DNA of 64,000 nucleotides from a virus (Duplodnaviria; Heunggongvirae; Uroviricota; Caudoviricetes): IMG/VR virus record IMGVR_UViG_3300037067_007156, positions 333,519 to 397,518 of that record; one strand, 5' to 3'. Shown piece by piece: positions 22,264 to 34,388 of this stretch (position 1 is its first letter; each line of letters starts with the position of its first letter). The notes under the pieces were generated by a model. It saw only the letters and a program-made list of their open reading frames with translations, ran no database searches and was not told where the DNA came from. The position numbers and the translations under genes were made by a program.

Positions 22264-23713
22264 TTATTTTAAATATAATTTATAATCATCATTTTCAAAT
22301 CCCCATAGAGTATGTTGAAGATTCCAATCTTCATTATGATTGCCAGTTTCTCTGTTAATATGAACCACGAGTTCATTATTAGGTTCATCAATAGATAAAA
22401 TAGTACACAATCCAACGAACCATTTAGACGTAAACATCAGTCCATTTGTAAGTTCCATATTCTATATTTTTTTGTAAAAATGATACAACAAAATTAATAA
22501 AAATATTCCAATATTTAATTTAAAATTAAAAAATGTTCCAGTAAACATGGTAATAATATTCAACCAGAATAACAATAATATTACTAATATCCAGTGTGTA
22601 TCAAAAATTACCGAATGAAAATAATTTATTAAAGTTTTCATATATTAAAAATTAAAATATTATTCAAAGATATTTAATAATTTGATTATTTAATTATAGT
22701 ATAAAAAATATTTTTTGTTTATAAATAAAAAACCCACACATTAAGTGTGGGTCTATTTTAGTTTAGTGAAAACATTCACTTCGGCATTTGTTACATTGCT
22801 TAATGCAAGAGGCTTTACAAAAAGTTCCGAAACCATAAAGGTTAAACTATTTTCTTTACAATTACTAAAGAACCATCAGTGCGTTCATTATAAGCTACAA
22901 TAAATGTTTTTTCACCATTTGAAATTTTTGCCCATTTTAATATTTTTCTTAATTTAATAGGACATGTATTAAATTCTGAATGTTCGGGTGTATAATCTTC
23001 AATAATATCATAATATAACAAACTATTTATATCAGAACAGTCGCTTTTCTCATAAAATTCATTTGGAATCCAGCTTATTAATTTCATATTATTTTTATTT
23101 TGAAATTATATATTATTTTACTCTATTGTGTTTTCTTTAGTTGGTTGAAATATAACACCACAATTATTACATGCCCTTAAATCAGATGTTTTCCAAGATG
23201 AACAACCATGTCCAAAAATCCCATTACTTTGATATGTGCTGATATCTTTTATATCTTCGCTTAAACAAAGTGGACATTTGTGTTTTGTTATTTTTTGTGT
23301 TTCGAAATCTGTGTACATATCCATAATAATATTTTTATTTTTGAATCTTAATCAATATCTAAATGATAGCTATTACATTTTGGACAACGAAGTGTTCCAT
23401 TTTTTCTGGCTGTTTCATATTCCTCATAAGTTTTATATACCATAGATTTTTTAACGTTTTTGTAACGTTTAAAACCATTTTTTATGAACCACCAAGAATG
23501 AACACGATTTGATTTTAGTCCTTTTTCTCTTGCCCAATAAGAATCCATTAAAATATATCTCGGTTTCCAATATTCAGCTATATCTTCCAACAATATTGAT
23601 AATGGATTGTATCCAAATGGCCTACTTTTCCAATTGTATATTTTTTTCCATTTTATTTCGTAATTCCAGAAATCATCCTGACTCCAATTACAATCAAAAC
23701 AATGTATAAACAT
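22264..23713 (-). CDS. Small hypothetical ORFs, two with CxxC Zn ribbons (23118-23324, 23348-23713)
   Basis: ORF track; CPLC/CNNC and CFDC/CPKC pairs. Confidence 0.5.
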
Positions 23714-23838
23714 ATTAATTTATTATTTTTTAAACAGTTAATATTTATTATAAAAATATTTAATAAAAAAGTTTTATTTTTCAAACTATTTTTAAAAAAA
23801 TATAATATATAAATGAAAAAAATTAATAACATATATAA

Positions 23839-24999
23839 ATGACTAATAATTATGATTTATTTGGATTTACTAAGAATGAACAACTTGAAATTGATGAAAA
23901 AAATGACCCACCTTTACCCTCTTCAGAAAAAAGTCTTCAATTTAAAAATAAATATTTTCCAACAATAACAGATGACCAATGGAATGGTTGGCACTGGCAA
24001 ATAAAAAATAGTATAACAAATCTTGACCAATTATCAAACATATTTCCCGATATTAATATTAAAAATATTAGTGGACTTCCATTAAGAATAACCCCATATT
24101 ATTTAAGTTTGATTGACAATATAAATTCACCTATTGGACGTTGTGTTATACCATCCGAAAATGAATTGGTTATTAATGAAAATGAAGAAATAGATTCTTT
24201 AGATGAGGATAAATATAGAATTAATAATTGTATAATACATAAATATCCAGATAGAGTATTGTTTTTAACAACCGATTTTTGCTCTACATATTGCAAATAT
24301 TGTACTAGAAGTCGTATTATAAATAAAGGCGATAATATATATGTTAATAAAAAATCATGGGACGAGGGGATTAAATATATAAAAGAACACACAGAAGTAA
24401 GAGATGTATTATTATCTGGGGGTGATATTTTTACACTTTCTGATGAAAACATTGAATATTTATTATCATCAATTAGAGCAATAAAACATGTTGAACTATT
24501 ACGTTTAGGTACAAAAGTCCCAGTTGTGTTGCCACATCGCATAACAAAAAATCTTATAAACATTTTAAAAAAATATAAAGTATATGTAAATATACACTTC
24601 ACTCATCCTGATGAAATTACACCAGAAGTCGATTATGTATGTAACAAAATGGTTGATAATGGTATAGTTTTGGGTTCTCAGACTGTATTATTAAAAAACA
24701 TAAATGATGATATAGAAATAATGAAAAAATTAATGCATGAGTTAATTAAAATAAGAGTTAGACCATATTATATTTATATAGCAGATAGAGTAGTTGGAAC
24801 TTCTCATTTTCGGACAACATTAACAAAAGGTATTGAAATAATAAATGGTTTAAGGGGTCATACATCTGGGTTATGTGTACCAACTTTAATATTAGATACG
24901 AAATATGGTAAAATTGACATTTCTAATAATATTTTATCTGTGAAAGATGATGTATATGAATTAAAAACATATAATGGACAAACATTTTCTTATAAATAA
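23839..24999 (+). CDS. kamA: KamA-family radical SAM protein (lysine 2,3-aminomutase/EpmB-like)
   Basis: W..W.WQ, HKYPDRVL, CSTYCKYCTR, LSGGD, HFTHP, QTVLL, RPYY, GHTSG, YGKI. Confidence 0.92.
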   Translation: MTNNYDLFGFTKNEQLEIDEKNDPPLPSSEKSLQFKNKYFPTITDDQWNGWHWQIKNSITNLDQLSNIFPDINIKNISGLPLRITPYYLSLIDNINSPIGRCVIPSENELVINENEEIDSLDEDKYRINNCIIHKYPDRVLFLTTDFCSTYCKYCTRSRIINKGDNIYVNKKSWDEGIKYIKEHTEVRDVLLSGGDIFTLSDENIEYLLSSIRAIKHVELLRLGTKVPVVLPHRITKNLINILKKYKVYVNIHFTHPDEITPEVDYVCNKMVDNGIVLGSQTVLLKNINDDIEIMKKLMHELIKIRVRPYYIYIADRVVGTSHFRTTLTKGIEIINGLRGHTSGLCVPTLILDTKYGKIDISNNILSVKDDVYELKTYNGQTFSYK

Positions 25000-25101
25000 A
25001 TTATAAATCAAGAAAAAATATGTAACACTGAAATAAATGTTTTATATTTGTTGTTGATTTGTAATTTATTGTTTGTTTACAAATACTTAAAAAATTATAA
25101 A

Positions 25102-26019
25102 ATGGGAACAAATGAATTAATGTCACTAACGAATAAAGCAAAAGAGTATAGAGTTGACGCTCAAAAATCATTAGAGTTAAATCGACACATGAACGAAATA
25201 GAAGAAGGCGAGCAAGTACAACAAAGAATAATTGACGCTGTATTAACTGATTTCATTAATTATATAGGCATGAAATCATGTATTGATTTTGGATTGTATA
25301 CCGAAGATTTGCGCAAACTGTAATTATGTAAACAATGCGCAAGTTGGACACTAACGACTGCGTGTAAGACCAGTAAAAGGATTACGAGAACAATTTTATC
25401 TAAATTTTTTATGAAAATTTTAAAAGGAAAATTGAAATTTATCTCATTATTCGAACCAATAATGTTGGATGAAATAGATTTAAGAGAATATTATTTTAAG
25501 TTATTTGAAAAACTTAATGGTGAAAAATCTAAAATGGATTATTCTATGAATAGTATTGAAATTTCAGCCGATGAAAATTCGGATAAGGTTATTAAATACG
25601 AAAATGATAAAAATGATATTTTGATTCTATTAAACAATGCCGATGGAAGTTTTGGAATGTCAAACATTGGTGCTTATTTACCTGATATACTACAAAGATT
25701 AAATGGGATGAAAGTAATTGCAAGCATTACAGATAATAGCATTAAGATTACTAATGACCCAAAAGAAAAAGTGTTTGGAATTTATTACACAAGGAATAAC
25801 TGTTGCAAAATACCCAATGATAAGATAAATACAGTTTGCAAAATTGGGCAAGAGGATTGCTGTATTTTTATTTGTGCTGGTTCAGATGGATTTGAATGTT
25901 TAAAATTTGACAGTCCTTCTGCTCGAATGTTACTTGATAGATATTCTAAAAAAGACATGAGAGCCAGCAGGATTGGAAACTGTAAAATACTTGGTAGAAA
26001 TGAAATTGTAAATATGTAA
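25102..26019 (+). CDS. Two hypothetical ORFs (25102-25323; Cys-rich 25411-26019)
   Basis: ORF track; a half attC-like sequence (CTAACG...) lies between them. Confidence 0.55.
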
Positions 26020-26024
26020 TATTA

Positions 26025-26074
26025 ATGAACAACCCCTAAAACTAAAGATTTCGTGGTTTTCTTTCATAAAAAAT
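26025..26074 (-). mobile_element. 50-bp IS200/IS605 end-only remnant (fused left end + right end)
   Basis: TTTAT|ATTTTTTATGAAAGAAAACCACGAAATCTTTAGTTT-TAGGGGTTGTTCAT. The first 36 nt match the tnpB#1 left end at 35/36; the tail resembles a right end. Confidence 0.8.
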
Positions 26075-26145
26075 ATAAAATAAACAATTGTAATATGAAA
26101 TATTACGAAATTTCTGACTAAAAACTGATACGTTTTTTCATAATT

Positions 26146-26463
26146 TTATTTTAGTTTCTTTTTAGAATAACCACTTTCAAAATCAAGAATACGAGAAGCT
26201 TCTTTAAATTTTTTAAGATTTTCACCTTTTAAATATTTATATAAATCAACATCTTCTACATCAGTCCCACCTATTGAACCCGATTTATCATTTTTATGTA
26301 ATTCGTCATTTAAATTTTTAAGTGCTTCGTGCCTCAATTCTTTCCATTCTTTTCTAATGTCGTTTATTTCAGATTTTGTAAGTGATTGAAATTTTTTATA
26401 ATATATATCATCTTCTTTAATTTCTTTTTTAGAATACGATTCGAAGGTTTTTAAATATTTCAT
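26146..26463 (-). CDS. Hypothetical protein, MKYLKTFESY N-terminus
   Basis: Capsid-targeting-like motif; TAATATATA upstream. Confidence 0.65.
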   Translation of the reverse strand: MKYLKTFESYSKKEIKEDDIYYKKFQSLTKSEINDIRKEWKELRHEALKNLNDELHKNDKSGSIGGTDVEDVDLYKYLKGENLKKFKEASRILDFESGYSKKKLK

Positions 26464-26539
26464 TTGATGAATTGTTTTTATTTATATATTATTTTTCGCA
26501 CATGATATTTTATATATAAAGAAAACATAATTTTTTATT

Positions 26540-27391
26540 ATGATTAAGAATTATTTACAATTTTTGGTTGAGAATATACAAACAAGCGGCACAACTGGAC
26601 AAACACAGATTGACGAACCAGAAGTACAACCCCCTGCAAAAAGAGTTTCTGAAAAAGAAGAAGAAAAACTGGACAAATATAATGATATGATAGAATATAC
26701 TTATCTTAAAGAAGATATTAACTTGGATAAGATAAAAGAATTATGTCAAATTGCCCAAGAAAAAGGTTATTATTCTATTTGTATTTTACCTCATTATGTA
26801 TCAGAAGCTTATGCTTTTCTTGAAGAAGATGAAATTAAAATTTCAACTGTGGTTAATCACCCATCAGGTGAAAATAAATCAGAAAAAAATATAAAAGAAG
26901 CATTGGAGGTAATATCTGAAGGTGCTGAAATTATAAATTTTGTTATAGATTATAAGGTTTTAAAAGAAGCAAAAGTTTTAGAAAATATATTAAGTTCAAA
27001 TATTAAGAAAAATGAATTATCAAAAGAAGAAATTAAGGATGAACAAGATACAATTCAAAGTATGTATGATAAAATTGAACTTAAAATAACAGATGTTGCT
27101 GAAATTTGTACTAAAAATGGTGTTGTGCTAAGAGTTATTATAGAAGCTGGTGAACTTACAACAGATGAAATAAAAAAAGCATGTGAATTATGTGATGTTG
27201 GTGGTGCTGAATGTATAATGACTTCTACTGGTAATATGAAAGGTGTAGATTTAAGTAAAGTGAAATATATAAGAGAAATTTTACCAGAGCATATTAAAAT
27301 TATCCTAAGTGGTGGCATAAGAAATATATCACAAGTTGAAGAATACTATGACTATATAGATTTAATAGCTACCAGTACTGTTTTAAAATAA
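26540..27391 (+). CDS. DeoC (deoxyribose-phosphate aldolase)-fold protein, catalytic lysines lost
   Basis: IEYTYL, SICILP..V, TVVNHP.G, EGAE, LRVIIE, IMTSTG (canonical xKTSTG), ILSGGIR (canonical KASGGIR). Confidence 0.85.
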   Translation: MIKNYLQFLVENIQTSGTTGQTQIDEPEVQPPAKRVSEKEEEKLDKYNDMIEYTYLKEDINLDKIKELCQIAQEKGYYSICILPHYVSEAYAFLEEDEIKISTVVNHPSGENKSEKNIKEALEVISEGAEIINFVIDYKVLKEAKVLENILSSNIKKNELSKEEIKDEQDTIQSMYDKIELKITDVAEICTKNGVVLRVIIEAGELTTDEIKKACELCDVGGAECIMTSTGNMKGVDLSKVKYIREILPEHIKIILSGGIRNISQVEEYYDYIDLIATSTVLK

Positions 27392-27401
27392 AAGGTGAGT
27401 T

Positions 27402-28503
27402 ATGAAAAAAGTTAATAATTTTTTAAATTTTTTAAAAGAAGAAGTATCTGAAAAAATACATTTGTATTTTATTCATCCCAAATTAACATATGGTAGTCGA
27501 ACCGAAGAACAATCGGTTGAATTAATTAATATTTATTTTGATAATCCTATATTATATAATATACAGGGTCAAAGAAGTAATTTTTTTGATAATGTAGAAG
27601 AAATTAATAACATAGTAGTATTACCTTATCCAAATGGTATGGTATCACCAAAAACTTATAAAAGGATACAATTTGCTTTTGATAGGTTGATAAATATTTA
27701 TTATATTCATCCTCAAAAATTTAAAATAATTAAAGTTGAAGAAATAGAATTTTTTACAAATAAACTAATGACCCAAAATGATTGGGAAGAAAAAACAAAT
27801 AGTTCTGATGATTATTTCAAAGACGCTGAGATAGTATAATAATATAAAATTATTTTTTATATTTTATATATAATAAAAAAAAAATATTAAAATGAAACAT
27901 CTAAAAAATTTCGACAACTATTTAAATGAAAGTAATTCGAAAGTTATTTTTTCAGACGAAGAACAAAAATTAAGTGATTTCTTTGAAGAAAATGAATTTA
28001 GAGTATTTCCGTTTGAACAAGATGACATGAACTGTGCAGAAGTTGAGAAATGGACTGATGGTGGCGTGGATATGGTAATCACATTAATGCCTTTTACAAA
28101 AGAAGAATTTATTGATTATGTTAATTATTTTGATGTAGATGATGAAATAGATATGCATAGACAAGACCAGCTATATAAAAACGCTTTCACTATTAGTGAT
28201 AGTGTAAAAGATTTTACCGACTTCCAAAACCACTTAAAAGAAATAGTTGAGAAATTGAATATTTTAAATGAAACAAATTCAGTTGAAAGAACTAAATCTG
28301 GTTGGACAAAAGAAAAGACTATTACAATAACTGTCACTGATGAAAAAATCTTAAATTCTACTGATGCTGAAAAATATTTAAATAAAGCTGAACAAAAAAA
28401 ACTCTGGAAAGGTAATTCATTTGTTATCCTGAAGGTGGGTAATATTAGGTATAAATACACAAATGAAAAAGGAAAATTATTGTCTAATGGAAGAATAATG
28501 TAA
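27402..28503 (+). CDS. Two hypothetical proteins with capsid-targeting-like N-termini
   Basis: MKKVNNFLNFLKEE (27402-27839); MKHLKNFDNYLNES (27892-28503). Confidence 0.6.
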
Positions 28504-28576
28504 ATATTTTAAAAATAATTTTATATATAGATTTGTATAATATTACCCACGCATGTTATACATTTCCATTTCAAAC

Positions 28577-28604
28577 AGGGACTTCGTAAGAAGTCCCTTT
28601 TTTA
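28577..28604 (+). terminator. Intrinsic terminator
   Basis: AGGGACTTC-GTAA-GAAGTCCCT followed by a T tract. Confidence 0.8.
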
Positions 28605-28622
28605 TAAACAAAATCATTATAA

Positions 28623-30407
28623 TTGACTATAATGGTTTATATGATTATAAAAGAAATAAGATTTAAAAATTTCAAGTCTTATGGGAACAAGCAACAAGTT
28701 CTCAAGTTCTCTGAGAAACCTGAACTAATTCTATTACAAGGTAGAACTGGTGCTGGTAAATCTTCTATTTTAGAATCAATAGACTTAGCTATTTATTCCA
28801 AAGTAAGAGGTAAGAATAAAAAAACAATACCTCTTATTGATTTACCTAATAGAAGAAACAAAAATCTCGAAGTTATTGTTGATTTTATTAACAACAACGA
28901 CCAGAAGATTATTATTCAAAGAAATATTAATCCGACCGCATTTGATGTTAAATTGAACGATAAACCATATACGGAACGTTTTAAGACCTTAACTGATGAT
29001 GACAGGGATAAACTCATAGGTTTTAATTATGATACATTTAAATCGTTTATTTCAATGAGTATAAACGATTTTTTAAATTTTATTCAATTACAATCGGTTG
29101 ATAAGAAAAATTTACTTAATAAAATATTCAATCTTGAAAAATTGGATTCATACTTATCTATTGTAAAAGATTTGCATAAAAATTTTCGTATAAAAATAGA
29201 AAAACTAACTAATGAAATATCTAATAATACCAGCTTGATAGAAAATTATACTTCTACTATCGAGAATATACAGTCACAATTAACTACATCTAAACAAGAG
29301 AGATTAGCTGAACTTCTTAAAATAGGTCAGGAAAAAACTGAAAAACATAAACACATAAAAGAAGAAGTTAAAAAAATTGATATAGAATATTCAACACTTA
29401 GTACAAAATTACAAGAATTAAAAAATAAAATAAAAATATTAAAAGAAGAAATTTCAGCTTTAACAAATGATAATTTACTTATTGATGAAAAAATAAAAGT
29501 ATTTGAATCTGGTAAATGTCCTTTATGTGATACTAAATTGAAAGAACATTCACACACGGAGAAGTTAAACGAATATTATAAAACGAAAGAATATAACAGT
29601 AAAAAGATTGTGTCTCTTAACGAGACAATATCAAAAGTAAATCGTGAAGGTAGAGAAATAGAAGAATCTTACAATGTTATCATTCGAAAACGTAATAGTT
29701 ATGCTGAGGTTAATAACAAATTGAAGTTAGAAATTGAAAATATTAAAAAAGAATATATGTCAACTGAAAAGTCTGACACTAATAATATCACCGCCGACAA
29801 TTTGCAAAATAAAATTACAGAATTAAAAAATAAAAATATTATTTTATCATCTGAGTTGGATGATTCTAATAAGAAAAAAGATGATTATGAGAAATTAATA
29901 AACCTGTTCGATGATAGTGGAATAAGAAAAAGTATTATTAGAAGTTTAGTAAAACCTATAAATGCTTATATAGAAGAATTTTTAGATGAAATAGATTTTA
30001 AATATAAAGCTGTTTTGAATGATGACTTCAATGCTACTATTTATGAATTTGGAATTACTAAAGTTAATCCCGAACTATTATCTAATGGTGAAATGAAAAT
30101 AGTAAATATTATAATAGCTTTTTCTTATATTAAAATGATAAGAAGTATGAAATCTATTAATATTTTATTTTTAGATGAAATATTTGTTTCTATTGATACA
30201 GAATATATATCAATGCTTATTAAATTATTGAAAAAATTATCAATAGACCTTAACACTAATGTTATCACCATGCATCATGGTATATTAGATGTCGATACTA
30301 ACAATTTTGATAGAATTATAAAAGTAGTAAACACACAATTTTCTGATATTAAAACAAATGAAGACTTTAGAATTGATATTGAGCAAGATGAATATCTTGT
30401 ACCATAG
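28623..30407 (+). CDS. SbcC/Rad50-like recombination ATPase (T4 gp46-like)
   Basis: KNFKSYG, Walker A GRTGAGKSS, zinc hook CPLC inside a coiled coil, signature LSNGE, Walker B LFLDE. Confidence 0.93.
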   Translation: MTIMVYMIIKEIRFKNFKSYGNKQQVLKFSEKPELILLQGRTGAGKSSILESIDLAIYSKVRGKNKKTIPLIDLPNRRNKNLEVIVDFINNNDQKIIIQRNINPTAFDVKLNDKPYTERFKTLTDDDRDKLIGFNYDTFKSFISMSINDFLNFIQLQSVDKKNLLNKIFNLEKLDSYLSIVKDLHKNFRIKIEKLTNEISNNTSLIENYTSTIENIQSQLTTSKQERLAELLKIGQEKTEKHKHIKEEVKKIDIEYSTLSTKLQELKNKIKILKEEISALTNDNLLIDEKIKVFESGKCPLCDTKLKEHSHTEKLNEYYKTKEYNSKKIVSLNETISKVNREGREIEESYNVIIRKRNSYAEVNNKLKLEIENIKKEYMSTEKSDTNNITADNLQNKITELKNKNIILSSELDDSNKKKDDYEKLINLFDDSGIRKSIIRSLVKPINAYIEEFLDEIDFKYKAVLNDDFNATIYEFGITKVNPELLSNGEMKIVNIIIAFSYIKMIRSMKSINILFLDEIFVSIDTEYISMLIKLLKKLSIDLNTNVITMHHGILDVDTNNFDRIIKVVNTQFSDIKTNEDFRIDIEQDEYLVP

Positions 30408-31011
30408 TGTATTTTTTATTGAAATAGGTGCAAGTGATGGGATTTATAACGACCTGTTATATTCTTATATAACAAAACATGACTGGGAAGGTATATTAGT
30501 AGAACCTAATCAGGATATGTTTTTAAAATTAATCGATAATTATGCCGGATATTATAAATTATATTTCGAAAATGTGGCTGTTTCAAAAAATTATGGAACA
30601 CAGGATTTATTCAAAGTTTCACCTATTACTAAAGAAATAACAAAACATATTTCATCTCTGGATAAAGTTAATTTGATAAGACATAAAATCCCAGAAGAAA
30701 ATATTATATCAACTGCTGTTGAATGTGTGCCTTATGAACATTTATTAAGAAAATATTTTGTTAAAAAATATGATATTCTTTATTTAAACACTGAAGGATA
30801 TAATAGAATAATATTATCACAGGTTGTTAGATGTAACCCTTTACCCAAAATTATTATTTTTGAATATGTTAGGAGTTTAGATGAAGAAATTAAAGCGATA
30901 GAAGAATTGTTATCCAGATATAATTACAATATAATAAAAACAAAAACACACAACTACCATTACAGAAATGATGAAAACAATTTCATTAATAGTAGCAACA
31001 TCGAAGAATAA
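30358..31011 (+). CDS. FkbM-family methyltransferase
   Basis: IEIGASDG, W.GILVEP, N.AVS, L.LNTEGY, IIFE. Confidence 0.85.
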   Translation: MKTLELILSKMNILYHSVFFIEIGASDGIYNDLLYSYITKHDWEGILVEPNQDMFLKLIDNYAGYYKLYFENVAVSKNYGTQDLFKVSPITKEITKHISSLDKVNLIRHKIPEENIISTAVECVPYEHLLRKYFVKKYDILYLNTEGYNRIILSQVVRCNPLPKIIIFEYVRSLDEEIKAIEELLSRYNYNIIKTKTHNYHYRNDENNFINSSNIEE

Positions 31012-31447
31012 CGTAATTGCTAAAAATGGGTCGATTCCTTGGCATTGTTCAGAAGATATGAAGTTTTTTAGAAGAATGACAACAGGAAATAGTATAGTTA
31101 TGGGTCGAAAAACATGGGACACTTTAGGACGACCCCTTAAAAATAGGGAAAATATAGTTATAACCAGAAATTCAGAAAACATAAAAGGTAGTGTTATTGC
31201 TGTTAATTCTTTAGAAGAAGCTTTTGAAAAGGCTACAAATGATATATTTATAATTGGTGGTAGTGAAATATACAATCAAGCTATGCCATATGTGATAACC
31301 ATTTATAGAAGTTTAATTGATATTGATATACCAGATGGTGATGTGTTTTTTCCAGAAATAACTGAAAATGAATTTAAGCTTGTTAGTTCTGAAAAAATTA
31401 ATGATGAAATACCTTTTATTATTCAAGTATGGAAAAGAATGAAGTAA
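30968..31447 (+). CDS. folA: Dihydrofolate reductase
   Basis: IPWH..EDM..F, MGRKTW, PL.NR.N, IIGG..IY, GD.FFP. Confidence 0.96.
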   Translation: MMKTISLIVATSKNNVIAKNGSIPWHCSEDMKFFRRMTTGNSIVMGRKTWDTLGRPLKNRENIVITRNSENIKGSVIAVNSLEEAFEKATNDIFIIGGSEIYNQAMPYVITIYRSLIDIDIPDGDVFFPEITENEFKLVSSEKINDEIPFIIQVWKRMK

Positions 31448-33619
31448 ATAATCATAGTTATTTTTCTGAAATTGTTAAATATATTAATAAGTTGGAAAAC
31501 GATACATTAATTACAAGAAAAGATTTAGTTAAAATTTTTCCAATTTCAAGTATAGATGTTTACAGAAGAGGACTGACACTTATTGGTGTGTTGGAAGATT
31601 TTGATTCTGGTATATACCGAAAGATGAATGATATACCACCTTTTATTAATTCGTCCAATTTACGAGACTATTCAAAAGATGAAATTTTAAAAGAAAAAAT
31701 GAAATATTATTATTTGACATTAGAACGAAAGAAAAAATTGGAAGAAATCTTTAATTATTAAAACTTTTACTATTTTTGTTGTTGCATTTTTTATTATTGA
31801 TAAAAAAATTTAAATTTTGAAAATATGTGAATACATTTAAATCGTAAAACTTATAAAATATAGAATATGGCTGTTTCGAAATCAGATTTAAAATTCGATA
31901 CGATTTTGGGATATTATATATTATTTACGAATATTTTAACCACAAACATATCAAATAGATAGAAGAGAATGTGGTCGAGATATTCATAAAAAAGTAAATG
32001 ATATATAAAAAGTGTCCTTCGATTTAAATGTGTTCCATTATTTTCATCTATAAAATATATCCTTATATGAAAACATTAGTTAAAAAAATAAAAAGTTTTA
32101 TATTTAAAATTTCGTTGGGTGATTTATTATGTAAAATTGGTTTGCATAAATTCAATTACACTTATACTACTACTCTAAGTGCTTGGAGTACATATAGTGG
32201 TTATTGTGAAAGATGTGAAAAATATAAAAGTGGCATAACTTGTTAAATTGTCATTTATGATAATATGAATATAACTATTAAAAAAGAATTTACTAACATT
32301 CATTCCAAGATTGATAAGGAAATGTTTTTCTTGTCGATTTATAGACGATATAAAAATTCAGTCGGAGCTGAAATAGATTTATTTTCTTTTATTGGGATTA
32401 ATAATAATATTTTAAATTCTTTATTGGATTTGCCAATAATAGAAGTAAAAGATATGTCATTAGCTACTTTTGAAGAGAAAATAAGTGAATTTCTTATTGA
32501 TGTTGACCAATTAAAAATAAAATATGATGTTCAAGCTTTAGATGCTGAAACAGAAATATATTTTAATTTATACAATACTGTTTTAAAATCTATATCATTT
32601 TTCTTTATTTTAAAAGTTAATGAAAAATATTATTTTTCGAGATTTATAAAAAAATATTTTAATAATGTTGAAATAATATCCATTCCAATAAAGAATTTTA
32701 CTAAATTATATCGAAAAAATGTATTGGACGATATTTTTAAAGATTGATTAATCACATAATATTTTATAAAATGATACGAACAGAATTTAATGGAAATTTT
32801 GGATTAGATGAAATTAAAAAAATTAGAATAAGAAACATGGGACTTAATACCGTTTATGATGTAAGATTTGTAAATGATAAACGTATAATAATTGCAACCA
32901 GATTGCATTGTTTCTTAACTGATGACGGAGAACCAAAAGTTTTAAGTGATTTGAAAGCTGGCGATAAGATATGGATAAATACAAATGAACTAAGCAATTT
33001 TAAAGTACAGAATTGATTATGTCACGTAGTAGATATACAAACGAATTAAGTGCTTCCCATTTTGCTGGTAGAAAAGGAAATCTAAAAATAAAAAGGTTTT
33101 GTGCTAAAAAATCCAGAAAGCTTTCTTTAGAAACGGGGTTTAAAAATATAAAACGAGCATTTAAATCAATATTTTTAGATAAATATCCAATCGATATTAA
33201 TAATTATAAAAAAAAATCACGAAAATGAAAAACGAAAATTTAAAACATTTTATCAATAATGAACTACCTATTGAAGGTCAATGGTGGAATGAATCAAATG
33301 CTGATACATTTCATGAAGCTTCTGAAAAATTATTAGCTAAAGGTATATCAGCTGATGAAATAAAGGAATTATTTCAAAGTTTATATACTGCTGTGTCGAA
33401 TGAATTTGGTAACTAACAATAAACTATGATATTATGGATAATTTGTATGATTTTTTAAATTCTCAAAATGGTGCAACACTTTTTTGGTATGGTGTGTTCA
33501 TTGTAACAGTTTTAAGTATAATCGTAGCTGGTATACAAGGTATTTTTAAAAGTTATTTTAATCGAAACAAACCAGTTAAAAGTAAAGGTAAGAATAAATC
33601 GGTGATAAATGATGATTAA
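31429..33619 (+). CDS. Run of small hypothetical ORFs
   Basis: ORF track (31429-31761, 32028-32246, 32265-32747, 33013-33228, 33225-33416, 33434-33619). Confidence 0.5.
32744..33016 (+). CDS. Stand-alone partial Hint (intein N-region-like) protein
   Basis: VYDVRF...IIATRLHCFLTDDG..KVLSDLKAGDKI resembles Hint block B (T..H) and L..GD.I; no N-terminal Cys/Ser block A. Confidence 0.6.
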   Translation: MINHIIFYKMIRTEFNGNFGLDEIKKIRIRNMGLNTVYDVRFVNDKRIIIATRLHCFLTDDGEPKVLSDLKAGDKIWINTNELSNFKVQN

Positions 33620-33679
33620 TTTCAGAGATTATTTTTCTTTTAAAAACAGGTTATCTTTGATGAAAAAGGTGACTTGTTT

Positions 33680-34330
33680 TTAAGATATTATGGTAATAGT
33701 AATATCTTTATCTCTCAAAATCATTTTTATTTCTTCATTATCCAATAAATCTTTAAATATATCGTCAGCGACTTCGAGGTTCTGAAGTTGCCAATTATTA
33801 CCGGAATTACTGGTAAAATAAATATATGTTTTATCACCTTTTTTTAATTCAACTGTTTTATTTGTCAACCTATCATAAAAATTCTTAATATCATCATGAA
33901 CAGAGTATAATTTTATTTCTTCCCAGACGGCACTATCTCTTTTCTTAGATTGAAAAACAATATATTCTGGTTTGTCCAACGTACTTTTATCTTGTTCATG
34001 TATCATAAAAAATTTAACATCCAAAATATTCTCCAAGAATGTTTCCATATCTTCGGTTTCTTCCAGTGTCGATTTTTTTAATTTTTTAGTTGTCAATTTT
34101 TTATTAAAAGCGGGTGAATTATATAATTTTTCAATTTTCATGTTTCGTGGAAAATTATCAGAATTTAGTTCAAACGTATTATATAAATCTTCTTCCTTGG
34201 CCTGTATGGATTTTAATAAAGATTCAGAATCAGTTACAATAGATTCCAAAATATTTACATCAGCAGTTAATTCTACAAATTCTTCAACAGATTCAGTTAT
34301 AAAATCGTTATAATTATTTAAGTATTTCAT
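33680..34330 (-). CDS. Hypothetical protein, MKYLNNYNDFITES N-terminus
   Basis: Capsid-targeting-like motif; TAATATATA upstream. Confidence 0.65.
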   Translation of the reverse strand: MKYLNNYNDFITESVEEFVELTADVNILESIVTDSESLLKSIQAKEEDLYNTFELNSDNFPRNMKIEKLYNSPAFNKKLTTKKLKKSTLEETEDMETFLENILDVKFFMIHEQDKSTLDKPEYIVFQSKKRDSAVWEEIKLYSVHDDIKNFYDRLTNKTVELKKGDKTYIYFTSNSGNNWQLQNLEVADDIFKDLLDNEEIKMILRDKDITITIIS

Positions 34331-34388
34331 AATTCTATATATTAAAACAAAAACATTTTTTTATAATATAAAAAGAAAACATTTTAAT

